Shown here in pieces: positions 18,391 to 26,993 of a stretch of 64,000 bases of DNA. The stretch is from Myxococcota bacterium (GTDB taxonomy: Bacteria; Myxococcota_A; UBA796; SXON01). The stretch spans positions 1 to 64,000 of the forward strand of contig JAZKFH010000057.1 of NCBI GenBank assembly GCA_040386535.1. Direction: 5' to 3'. A model generated the notes under the pieces. The model had not been told where the DNA came from and ran no database searches. It saw only the letters and a list, made by a program, of their open reading frames with translations. Numbering within the stretch: the stretch's first letter is position 1; the number at the start of each line of letters is the position of its first letter. The translations under genes and the position numbers were made by a program.

Positions 18391-19032
18391 CTATCCCTTC
18401 AGCTTCGCTGCCAGGGCCTCGTTGAAAGCCTCGTCCCGAGCCACGAACCGCTTGAACGCGGGCCGCTCGCCGCAACGGGCGAAGTAGGCTTCGAACCGCG
18501 GCCTGGCCTCCAGGCTTCGGGTGATCAGCCCCCAGCCGATCTCGGAGGCGATGTACACGTCGGCGGCGGAGAACGTCTCCCCCAGGATGAACGGGCCCGG
18601 CGAGAGCGCCCCTTCGAGCGCGTTCAGCGTGTCGGCGTAGGTGCCGTAGCCCAGCGCGCCGGGCCGCTCGGGGGGCGGGCGCTCGAACATCCGGTCGACG
18701 AGCGCCGGCTCCACACACCCGGCTCCGAAGAAGAGCCACCGGAGCCACGTCGCACGCCTCGGATCGTCCAGCGCGGGGGCGAGACCCGCGCTCGGAAACC
18801 GGTCGGCGAGGTAGGTGCAGATGGCGGCGGCCTCCGTGACGACGACATCGCCGTGCACGAGGGTCGGGATCTTCCCCATCGGGTTGAGCGCCAGGAAGCC
18901 GGCCGCCTTGTTCTCCCCCTTCGCGAAGTCGATCAGGACGACGTCGTAGGGGACCCCCACCTCCTCCAGCATCCAGTGCGCGATGCGGCCGCGGGACATC
19001 GGGTTGTGGTACAGCGTGAGCGTCGGCTCCAT
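18391..19032 (-). CDS. Glutathione S-transferase family protein
   Basis: HNPMSRG, LNPMGKIPTL, TEAAAIC, FSAADV. Confidence 0.95.
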   Translation of the reverse strand: MEPTLTLYHNPMSRGRIAHWMLEEVGVPYDVVLIDFAKGENKAAGFLALNPMGKIPTLVHGDVVVTEAAAICTYLADRFPSAGLAPALDDPRRATWLRWLFFGAGCVEPALVDRMFERPPPERPGALGYGTYADTLNALEGALSPGPFILGETFSAADVYIASEIGWGLITRSLEARPRFEAYFARCGERPAFKRFVARDEAFNEALAAKLKG

Positions 19033-19072
19033 GGGGACCTCCAAGCACTCTTAGCCACATGGGGACGTCCGG

Positions 19073-19135
19073 GAGGTGCAACGTGCGGGTTGCACCTCGG
19101 GCAGGGGGCGGCTACGTGCAACCCGGAGCTTGCAC
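19073..19135. promoter_or_regulatory. Two GTGCAA-N8-TTGCAC palindromic operators (probable ArsR sites)
   Basis: GAGGTGCAAC-gtgcgg-GTTGCACCTC at 19073-19098 and GTGCAA-cccggagc-TTGCAC at 19116-19135, between divergent GST and SRPBCC-ArsR genes. Confidence 0.75.
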
Positions 19136-19594
19136 ATGACCACATCGTCCACCGACCGCATCGAAAAGAGCGTCCTGCTCCGCGTCCCTCCGGCCAGGGT
19201 CTGGCGTGCGTTGACCGATGCCGACGAGTTCGGCGCCTGGTTCGGGGTGGCGCTCACGACGCCGTTTCGCGTGGGCGAACCAACGTTGGGACGGATCACC
19301 CACCCGGGCTACGAGCACCTGACGATGGAGGTGCAGGTCGTCGCCGTGGAGCCCGAGCGCCGATTCGCGCTGGAGTGGCATCCGTACGCGGTGAACCCGG
19401 ACACCGACTACGCTGCAGAGCCCACCACTCTGGTCGAGTTCCTCCTGGAGCCCGTCCCGGAGGGCACCCGGCTCACCGTCATCGAGTCCGGCTTCGACCG
19501 GCTCCCGGCGGCCCGACGCGCCGAGGCCTTCCGGATGAACGAGGGCGGCTGGGAAGCACAGCTCGCCAACGTCCAGGCCCATGTCGGCGGTTGA
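19136..19594 (+). CDS. SRPBCC/AHSA1-like protein
   Basis: DRIEKSVLL..RVWRALTD..FGAWFG, TLVEF, GTRLTVIESGF, NEGGW. Confidence 0.92.
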   Translation: MTTSSTDRIEKSVLLRVPPARVWRALTDADEFGAWFGVALTTPFRVGEPTLGRITHPGYEHLTMEVQVVAVEPERRFALEWHPYAVNPDTDYAAEPTTLVEFLLEPVPEGTRLTVIESGFDRLPAARRAEAFRMNEGGWEAQLANVQAHVGG

Positions 19595-19934
19595 TTCGCA
19601 GGTCGAGGCCCGCGCCGCCATGTTGGCGCCTCTGTTCGCCGCGTTGGGCGACACCACACGACTTCGGCTCGTCGCACGCCTCGCCGCCGGCGGCCCTGGC
19701 TCCGCGACGCTGCTCAGCGCCCACGCCGCGGTGTCACGCCAGGCGATCGTGACACACCTCGGCGTCCTGGAGGGCGTCGGCCTCGTGCGCAGTGAGCGCC
19801 GCGGGCGCGAGCGCGTGTGGGAGCTTCATCCCGACCGGCTGGCGGACGCGCACGCGTACCTCGACGAGGTTTCGCAGCAGTGGGACGATGCGCTTGCTCG
19901 GCTTCGGGAGTTCGTGGAGCGTGAAGATCGCTGA
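19581..19934 (+). CDS. ArsR/SmtB family transcriptional regulator
   Basis: FAALGDTTRL, VSRQAIVTHLGVLEGVGLV..RRGRE. Confidence 0.92.
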   Translation: MSAVDSQVEARAAMLAPLFAALGDTTRLRLVARLAAGGPGSATLLSAHAAVSRQAIVTHLGVLEGVGLVRSERRGRERVWELHPDRLADAHAYLDEVSQQWDDALARLREFVEREDR

Positions 19935-20021
19935 CGTGCGCGAGGGGGCGGCCTTCCGTTCGGTCTGTGATCACACGCAGGAGCCCGCGGATGAACGCCA
20001 CTCGGTGGTCCACCGCCGGCG

Positions 20022-20348
20022 CTACGCAGGAAACGCCTCGTTCAACTCTGCGCCCGTGAAACGCAGTTGGGAGGGCAGCTGCGGGTCCAGGAGGAACACC
20101 ATGTCGGGCGTAGAGATCTGCGCGAGAAGGCTGCGATGGATGGCATAGGTGGGCATTCCGAGGCCCCCTGCGCCCACCGACGCGCTCAGCGCCTGCGCGG
20201 AGGTGAACAGGGGGATTATGTGCTCGCCCCCTACCACGTAGTCTTGCAAGGCCAACACGTTGCTGGTCAGTTCAGGCTGCGTGGCGAGCACCACGATCGG
20301 CATCTCCGGTACGCAGCGGCGAACCTCTTCGAGTCTGGTTGCTACCAT
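20022..20348 (-). CDS. Hypothetical protein, SseB N-terminal-like
   Basis: IIPLFTS..L and VFLLDP pattern; atypical codon usage. Confidence 0.5.
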   Translation of the reverse strand: MVATRLEEVRRCVPEMPIVVLATQPELTSNVLALQDYVVGGEHIIPLFTSAQALSASVGAGGLGMPTYAIHRSLLAQISTPDMVFLLDPQLPSQLRFTGAELNEAFPA

Positions 20349-20643
20349 CGATCCTCCCGCGTTCCTGCGCGCCCGCGCATCGTAACTCCGAGCGTCGACC
20401 GCCGCGAGCTTCCCAACGGAGGTACCCGCCCGACCCGGCCGTAGACGACGCGGGCGTCGGTCGCTCGTCAGCCGGTGGGATGAACACGGTGTTCCTCCCC
20501 AACCAGCACCGATGCCGCCGGGTCGAGTGCCTCGCTGTCAGCTCTACAGACCCGACCCGGTATTCTTCGACATCCGAACCCTCCGTGTGGCCGGCCACCG
20601 TAGTTCGGTTGTAGCTCGTCAAACGAGAGCCAGTGTGCGCCGT

Positions 20644-20796
20644 GCGCGCCGAACTCGTGGGATGTGTCATCATCCAGCGACTTCGGACGCTCCAGCGCGC
20701 CGAACTCGTGGGATGTGTCGTCATCCAGCGACTTCGGACGCTCCAGCGCGCCGAACTCCAGGGATGTGTCATCATCCAACGACTTCGGACGCCCGC
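20644..20796. repeat. Three tandem 51-bp palindromic units, diverged relatives of the transposase-adjacent repeat (opposite orientation)
   Basis: Unit GCGCGCCGAACTCGTGGGATGTGTCATCATCCAGCGACTTCGGACGCTCCA at 20644, 20695 and 20746 (third more diverged). Confidence 0.9.
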
Positions 20797-20871
20797 CCAA
20801 GCTCGGGGTGTCACCTGCGCGCTGGCCCACCTGCTTGCGACCCCGGAGCGCGCTGAGGTAGCCTCGCCCCC

Positions 20872-21567
20872 ATGAAGGTCATCGGCGCGGGATTCGGTCG
20901 CACGGGCACCCTGACGCTCAAGCTCGCCCTCGAGGAGCTCGGCTTCGGCCCGTGCTACCACATGGCAGAGGTGTTCTCGCATCCGTCGCACGTGCCGGTT
21001 TGGGAGGCGGCGACCCGGGGCGAGCCGGTTGATTGGGCGGCGTTGTTCGACGGGTGGGGCGCCACGGTCGACTGGCCCGCATGCGCCTTTCATGGCGAGA
21101 TCCTGGCGAGTCATCCCGAGGCGAAGGTCGTCCTCGGGGTCCGCGATCCGGAGCGGTGGTACCAGAGCTGCCGGAGCACGATCTACCTGCCGGGACACCT
21201 GTTTCCGTTGAGCGTGGTGTTGCCACGGCTTCCGGGCATGGGGCGGGTGTCGCGCATGGCGGTGGAACTCATCTGGCGGAAGACGTTCGGCGGCCGGTTC
21301 GAAGACAAGGCGCACGCGATTCGTGTGTACCAGGAACACATCGACGCCGCCCGACGCGACGTGCCGCCCGAGAAGCTCCTGGTGTTCGATGTGCGTGATG
21401 GCTGGGCGCCGCTGTGTGCTTTCCTCGGCGTGCCGGTCCCGTCACGCCCCTTTCCCCACGCAAACGACGGGGTGACCGCGCGGCGGGCCATCCTGGCGAT
21501 GAACGTGATGGCGTGGGGCGTGTTGCTGCTTCCGGTGGTCGGGCTCCTCTGGTGGGCGTCGAGCTGA
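20872..21567 (+). CDS. Sulfotransferase family protein (P-loop, Sulfotransfer_4-like)
   Basis: KVIGAGFGRTGT, PCYHM, TVDWP, GWAPLCAFLG. Confidence 0.92.
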   Translation: MKVIGAGFGRTGTLTLKLALEELGFGPCYHMAEVFSHPSHVPVWEAATRGEPVDWAALFDGWGATVDWPACAFHGEILASHPEAKVVLGVRDPERWYQSCRSTIYLPGHLFPLSVVLPRLPGMGRVSRMAVELIWRKTFGGRFEDKAHAIRVYQEHIDAARRDVPPEKLLVFDVRDGWAPLCAFLGVPVPSRPFPHANDGVTARRAILAMNVMAWGVLLLPVVGLLWWASS

Positions 21568-21580
21568 TTTCCGAGCTTCC

Positions 21581-22417
21581 CTACGCGGGTGACACCCGGG
21601 CCAAGAACTTGTCACACACCTCACCAATCGCCACGCCATCCAATGTGGCCGTGCCGCACCCGTCGCAGACCTGCGGCGTCCAGGTGACCACGAGCGTCGC
21701 GTCGCCCACCAACATCCAGCCGCCCCAGGGCTCCTCCGCGCACGACGTGTCGGGGTACGCCTCGGCAATCAGGCAGTATTCACCGGGTTCGCCTTCGTCG
21801 GGGGTGGCGTCGTACCTGCCATGCATCGTATAGGACACGCCGGGCACAAACGTCTCCACCGTCTGGACATCCCACACGCCGCCACGCTCCGGGAACGGGT
21901 ACCCGCGCAGGTCGAGGCGGAAGTGCCGATCGATCGACGCCGCACCGCTCGCGTCCTGCGTGTACGCCGAGATGCCGTCGAACGCTACGTCGTACCATGA
22001 CAGGTAGGAGTCCACGTAGTGGACGGAATCGCCCTCCTCGGCCTCGTACTCGTTCCCGTCGCCGCCATACGCCTCGGTGTGGGTCCAGCGCCCCTCCCAG
22101 GAGACCCCGTCCGTCACGCACGCGCCCGACCATGTCTCGGTCCCGTCGCCGGTGGCGGCGGTAGGACATCCCCAATCCCTGGCGTAGTCGTTGAAGTCGA
22201 GAGACAGCATGAATACGTCGCGGTGGTTGGGCCCGTACAAGCTGGTCAGGGACGACAAGGTCGCGGCGTCCACGTGCCGCGGATCCGTGAGATTGCACTC
22301 GAGTGCGGGCGGCTCCCAAGCGGCGGGCAGGTCGGTATCCCCCGTGTCCCGCGAGTCGTTGGTGAGGTTGGTGTCGTTCGGCGGCTTGTCCAACCCGCAG
22401 GCGAGCAGGAGGAACAT
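21581..22417 (-). CDS. Cys-containing lipoprotein, unknown function
   Basis: MFLLLAC start 1 nt after the upstream stop; CDGCG motif near the C-terminus. Confidence 0.75.
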   Translation of the reverse strand: MFLLLACGLDKPPNDTNLTNDSRDTGDTDLPAAWEPPALECNLTDPRHVDAATLSSLTSLYGPNHRDVFMLSLDFNDYARDWGCPTAATGDGTETWSGACVTDGVSWEGRWTHTEAYGGDGNEYEAEEGDSVHYVDSYLSWYDVAFDGISAYTQDASGAASIDRHFRLDLRGYPFPERGGVWDVQTVETFVPGVSYTMHGRYDATPDEGEPGEYCLIAEAYPDTSCAEEPWGGWMLVGDATLVVTWTPQVCDGCGTATLDGVAIGEVCDKFLARVSPA

Positions 22418-22418
22418 G

Positions 22419-22937
22419 TCAGCCCCGCCCCGCCAACGCCGCCTCGATCCGCAACAGGCTGTCGCGGATCTCGCGCAGCAGCTGATCGTCCGCCGGCGCA
22501 GGGACGGCCGGTTTGGCGCCGAGGGTGATCTCGTCGTGCCGCGTGATGATCGCGCCGCGGAACGCCTCCGCGTCCTTGACCCCGATGAGGATCGCGCTCG
22601 ACCCGGTCTGCCCACCTCCCGCGGTCTCCACCTTCAACGTCGAGATGCCCAGCGCGTCGAGCACGGGGCCGGAATGCAGGGAGACATCCTGGATCTTGTC
22701 GAGCGGGATGTTCATCTCACGGCGAAACCACACCCCGTGCCGGTAGACGAGGCTCCGCTCGCCGAGGCGGGCCTCGATGGTGGGAAAGTACAGGTTCGCC
22801 CAGATCGGCCCCACCACTACCAACACTGGCAACGCGAGGATGCCGACCATCGTGGCGGTCAGCGCGAAGGCGATCTGGAGGACCAGGTACACCTTGAGCT
22901 TGGGGTCGAAGGTGGCGAGGACGTCGTTCTTGGCCAT
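22419..22937 (-). CDS. Bacterial PH-domain membrane protein (YdbS/YdbT-like)
   Basis: Two TMs, IPLDKIQDV, LKVETAGG; GGAG RBS. Confidence 0.88.
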   Translation of the reverse strand: MAKNDVLATFDPKLKVYLVLQIAFALTATMVGILALPVLVVVGPIWANLYFPTIEARLGERSLVYRHGVWFRREMNIPLDKIQDVSLHSGPVLDALGISTLKVETAGGGQTGSSAILIGVKDAEAFRGAIITRHDEITLGAKPAVPAPADDQLLREIRDSLLRIEAALAGRG

Positions 22938-22987
22938 CGTGTGCTCCGGTCGGTGGCGGACCGAGCGCGAGTCTACAACAGCCGGCC

Positions 22988-23130
22988 CGCGCGAGGCGCC
23001 CGGCGGGCGCGTGCCCGCGTGAGCGGGCGCGCGGTTCGGCGCCTCCGGGCGCACGCCCGGACCGCGCCAACCGAGGCGCTCCGCGCCGAGTCCAGAGGGG
23101 GCCGACCCGGCGCCTCGCCGGGGCGCGCCC
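22988..23130 (-). repeat. Dispersed ~143-bp multi-hairpin element (family B), copy 2
   Basis: Aligns with 2598-2740; begins 13 nt after the TonB-receptor stop codon. Confidence 0.8.
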
Positions 23131-23143
23131 AAGCGTTGATGCC

Positions 23144-25288
23144 CTACCGCTCGATCCGCACACCCACGAGCGGGATGAAGCTCGGCCCCGCTACGGGCGC
23201 GCTGGCGTCGTAGTCGTAGCGGTAGGCGAGGTACATGACGTTGCTCACCTCGGGCACCCACCAGAGCTCGGCGTACGCCGTGACTTGGATCAGGCGGGTG
23301 TGGAAGGTTTTCTCCAGGTGGGCGTCGACCTTCTGATACGGGGCGTACCGCGCCGAGTTGCGCGGGCCGTACAGGGGTGTGTAGGTGTCGGACGCGGCCT
23401 GGTACAGACCGTCCTCGACCGGGGTGTAGGGCAGGCCTGCCGCGAGGCGGTAGCGCACGCCGACGTTCCAGGTGGGGTGGAAGGTCCAGCTCGCGGCGAG
23501 GTTTCCCGACCAGGGTTGGTCGTAGTCGAACACCTCGCCGTCGCGCGTGGCATGGCCGAACGCGAGGCCGACGCTGGCGAAGAAGCGGTCGCGGATGCGG
23601 TAGCGGCTGGTGACCTCGACGCCCCAGGCGGCGCCGATGACATCGCTGCGGAGCGAGCCGTCCAGCTCGGTGAGGAACAGGCCGTCCATACGCTTGGCCC
23701 AGCCGTCTACGCCCACTTCCCAGCGGCCGGCGATGGCGTGGTCGAAGCCGAGCGCGATCTGCTGGGCGCGCGAGGGGCCGGCGTCGGGGGCGCCGATGTC
23801 GGGCGCGAGTTGGGAGACGGTCGGATATTGGGTGTATTGGCCGATGCCGAACCGGGCGCGGGTGTCGGGGCCGACGGTCCACCGGGCGAGGAAGCGCGGG
23901 TCGACGGTGGGGGCGCCCGTGCCGCCGCCGGTCAGCGTGTCGAAGCCGACGCGCACACCCGGCACGAGCCGCACGGGGCCGAGCTCGAAGCGCCCCTCGA
24001 CGTAGGCGCCGCCGGTGAGCCGGGCCTGCTCGACGTTGGTGTTCACGCCGCGAGCGAGCAGGGCGGCCTCGCGTGCCACCTCGGGCCATGCTTGGGTGGT
24101 CTCGGAGAGGACGCGGGTGTTCGACCCCTTGACCTCCAGGCCGTAGGCGATGGAGACCGCGTCGATCGGGGCGGTGACGAGGTCCTCGCGGAGCTGGAGC
24201 GACTGCTCGTGGAGGACCTCGGACGCCGAGGGGAGCGTGCCCGTGACGTTGTAGTCGACGAAGGCGAGCACGCCGTCGGTGCGCGTGCGGCCGAAGCGCT
24301 CGCGATGGACGACGGCGGCCACGTGGTACTGCTGGTCGAAATCGAACTTGGGGTTGGTCTCCTGCTCCCAACCGACCAACTCGGTCGGCTCGCCGGAGTA
24401 GCGTGTGTAGGCGTCCCCGGCGCCGAACGCGAGCAGGCCCCACTGGCGCCCCTCGCCGGGGGTGTACTCGGCGCGGGCGAAGTAGTCCCAGAACTGCGGA
24501 AAGACGGTGTACTGCTCGTCGTCACGCGAGAACGCGTCGAGGTAGGAGCGCCGCCCGCTGGCGCGCAGGACCCACTTCTTGCCGAGCGGCACCCGGACCT
24601 CGGCACCGCCCATCACGAGGTTGAGGTTGACGGTGCCACGTACGCCGTCGGGTCGGTCCCAACGCGACTTGGTCTCCACGATGCCACCGGTCGCGCCGCC
24701 CCAATTCGCCCCGTAGGTGCTGGGCCAGAGCGTCAGCTCGTCCAGCATGCGGGTGTGGAACACCGACGAGTAGCCGTTGAAGTGGAACAGGTAGGGGAGA
24801 TCGATGCCGTCGAGCAGGAAGCGGTTCTCGCCCGGGGCCGCGCCGCGGATCGAGATGTCACCGGCCTTGGGAGAGTACTCGGGCGTGATGGACACGCCGG
24901 GGAGCGACTGGACGAGCCGCACCGGATCCTCGAAGGTGCCGGGCGTGCGCTCGACACGCTCGCGGTCGAGCGAGGTGACGCTCACGACGGGATCGTCGCG
25001 CCGCGCCTCGACCACGATCTCGAGCGCGCCGGACTCCGGGAACAGGCGCACGCGCCAGTCGACATCGTCGGGGAGGGCGAAGGTGGCGTCCATGAAGCCG
25101 GGCGCACGGAAGGTGACCGGCGTGCCGACGGGCAGATCGAGCGCGAACCGGCCCTTGGGGTCCGTCGTGACCGTAGCGCCGTTGGCGAGCACCTCGGCGC
25201 CGACGACGGGCAGGCCGGTGCTCTGATCGACGACCCGGCCCTCGAGCGGGGCGGCGGACGCCAGCGCGACGAGCACGATCAGGGCCAC
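23144..25288 (-). CDS. TonB-dependent receptor with N-terminal carboxypeptidase-regulatory-like domain
   Basis: GRVVD..TG.PVVGA, plug PGTFEDPVRLVQSLPGV..IRGA..LDG, amphipathic beta-barrel C-terminus. Confidence 0.9.
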   Translation of the reverse strand: MALIVLVALASAAPLEGRVVDQSTGLPVVGAEVLANGATVTTDPKGRFALDLPVGTPVTFRAPGFMDATFALPDDVDWRVRLFPESGALEIVVEARRDDPVVSVTSLDRERVERTPGTFEDPVRLVQSLPGVSITPEYSPKAGDISIRGAAPGENRFLLDGIDLPYLFHFNGYSSVFHTRMLDELTLWPSTYGANWGGATGGIVETKSRWDRPDGVRGTVNLNLVMGGAEVRVPLGKKWVLRASGRRSYLDAFSRDDEQYTVFPQFWDYFARAEYTPGEGRQWGLLAFGAGDAYTRYSGEPTELVGWEQETNPKFDFDQQYHVAAVVHRERFGRTRTDGVLAFVDYNVTGTLPSASEVLHEQSLQLREDLVTAPIDAVSIAYGLEVKGSNTRVLSETTQAWPEVAREAALLARGVNTNVEQARLTGGAYVEGRFELGPVRLVPGVRVGFDTLTGGGTGAPTVDPRFLARWTVGPDTRARFGIGQYTQYPTVSQLAPDIGAPDAGPSRAQQIALGFDHAIAGRWEVGVDGWAKRMDGLFLTELDGSLRSDVIGAAWGVEVTSRYRIRDRFFASVGLAFGHATRDGEVFDYDQPWSGNLAASWTFHPTWNVGVRYRLAAGLPYTPVEDGLYQAASDTYTPLYGPRNSARYAPYQKVDAHLEKTFHTRLIQVTAYAELWWVPEVSNVMYLAYRYDYDASAPVAGPSFIPLVGVRIER

Positions 25289-26106
25289 GGCGCCCCCGTG
25301 AGCAGCACGCGCGCGCCGATCGCGTCGTCGAGGCCACACCGGCCGTCCGCGAGGGCGTCGGCGTCGAACGGATCGAGGCCACACACGACATCGCCGGTGT
25401 CGGTGTCGGCGGCGGCGACCACGTCGGTGAGCACGAGGCCGGCGCGGTTCTCGGCGGCGGTGAGCGTCGCGAGGTAGCGGCCCTCGCCGGGCACCTGGAC
25501 GTCGATGGGGAGGAGGCGCCCGCCGACCGCGAGGTAGGGGCCGGCGTCGGTCCCGACGTCGAGGAAGGACCAGGTGTTGCCGCCCCGCCCGTCGAGCGTG
25601 AGCCCTACGATCGTGACCAGACCGGTGTCCTCGGGCTCCGCGTCCGCGACGACGCCGTCCTCGTCGGGCGCGGGCAGGATCGACCAGTCCGCGGCGTTCG
25701 GGCCGGTCTCCGTGAAGGTGCCGCCCGAGGCCATCCAGCGGGTGACGGCGTCGGTCCCGACGGCGAGCGAGAGGGCGGCGGTGGCACCGTCGAACGTGCG
25801 GGAGAAGCCGGTCATCGCTGGAACCACGGCGTCGTCGCTCACGACGAGCTCGCCCTGCTCGGTCGCCTCCGCGCCCTCGACCACGACCCGCGCCGTGAAG
25901 GGCGGCGCGGGCGCCTCGGTGACCACCTCGCCGTCGATGCTCCAGGTGACGACCGGCGCGGTGCGGTGGAACGCGCCTTCGCCCGACCACACCAGGGCCC
26001 GCAGGGCGCCGGAGTCGGCCGCCAACCCGACGAGCCGGAACCCGTCGAGATCCTTGCGGGTCTCGTCAAAGGTGGGGGTGCAGGCGAGGAGGACGATGAA
26101 GAGCAC
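25279..26106 (-). CDS. Lipoprotein co-transcribed with the TonB-dependent receptor
   Basis: MLFIVLLAC lipobox; stop overlaps the receptor start. Confidence 0.8.
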   Translation of the reverse strand: MLFIVLLACTPTFDETRKDLDGFRLVGLAADSGALRALVWSGEGAFHRTAPVVTWSIDGEVVTEAPAPPFTARVVVEGAEATEQGELVVSDDAVVPAMTGFSRTFDGATAALSLAVGTDAVTRWMASGGTFTETGPNAADWSILPAPDEDGVVADAEPEDTGLVTIVGLTLDGRGGNTWSFLDVGTDAGPYLAVGGRLLPIDVQVPGEGRYLATLTAAENRAGLVLTDVVAAADTDTGDVVCGLDPFDADALADGRCGLDDAIGARVLLTGAPWP

Positions 26107-26431
26107 GGGCGCCTCTAACGGGGCGCGGGGATCGCCGTTGTCTGCGTCATGTCACCGGGCGGGCGCGTACGAGGACGCGCGCTCGGCACGGCGAACGCGG
26201 GGCCCTGTGAAGTCTTGTCCCGAACCGCGCCCCCCCGTTGGCCTGGGTCGCGGAGTTTGTCAGTACCCCCCCGCCCGCTAGGAGTTGGCAGCGGCACGGC
26301 GCAAGCCGGTGCGTGGGACACGTGACCGCATAGGGGTTGGGGTGTGAACGACCTTTGCGGTTCACGTTCACCGGTCGGTCTGGTATCCCCCAACTCGGCT
26401 CTCTTCCTCGCGAAGAGAGACCTGGAGTCCC

Positions 26432-26977
26432 ATGTTGCGTTCCCTCGCCGTCCTCCTCGGCCTCCTCACCGTCTCCCCCGCCCTGGCCCACGATGGCCAC
26501 CACGGCGCCGACCACAACCAGATCGATGGCGTCCGCTTCGATCTGCACGGCAACATCGACCGCTGGAGCGTGTTCGGCGCGGGTGGCCGCGTCGAGTTCG
26601 CCATCGTCCCCGACGGGTTCATCGGCGGGAGCCGGGTGAACGACGAGCTCGCGTTGAGCTTCGGCGCCGACATCTTCTTCGTGCCGCTCTACTGGGGCAA
26701 CGACTACTACAGCGGCGGCGCCTACGTGATCCCCATCGGCGCGGTGCAGTGGAACTTCTACCTGGGTGACCATTGGTCGGTGTTCCCCGAGGTCGGTATC
26801 GCGGTGCACATCGGGTTTCGCAACGACAGCTGGTACGACAAGCACGGGCGCGGGTACGGCTGGGTCTACGCCGAGCCCGACGTCGGCATCGGCGCCCGCT
26901 ACCACTTCAACAACGACGTCGCGTTGCTGATGCGCATCAGCACCCCCGGCGGCGTGCAGCTGGGCGTGGTCTTCTAG
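26432..26977 (+). CDS. Small outer-membrane beta-barrel protein
   Basis: Signal peptide, alternating aromatic strands, C-terminal Phe (LGVVF). Confidence 0.8.
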   Translation: MLRSLAVLLGLLTVSPALAHDGHHGADHNQIDGVRFDLHGNIDRWSVFGAGGRVEFAIVPDGFIGGSRVNDELALSFGADIFFVPLYWGNDYYSGGAYVIPIGAVQWNFYLGDHWSVFPEVGIAVHIGFRNDSWYDKHGRGYGWVYAEPDVGIGARYHFNNDVALLMRISTPGGVQLGVVF

Positions 26978-26993
26978 CCACCCACGAGCGGGG

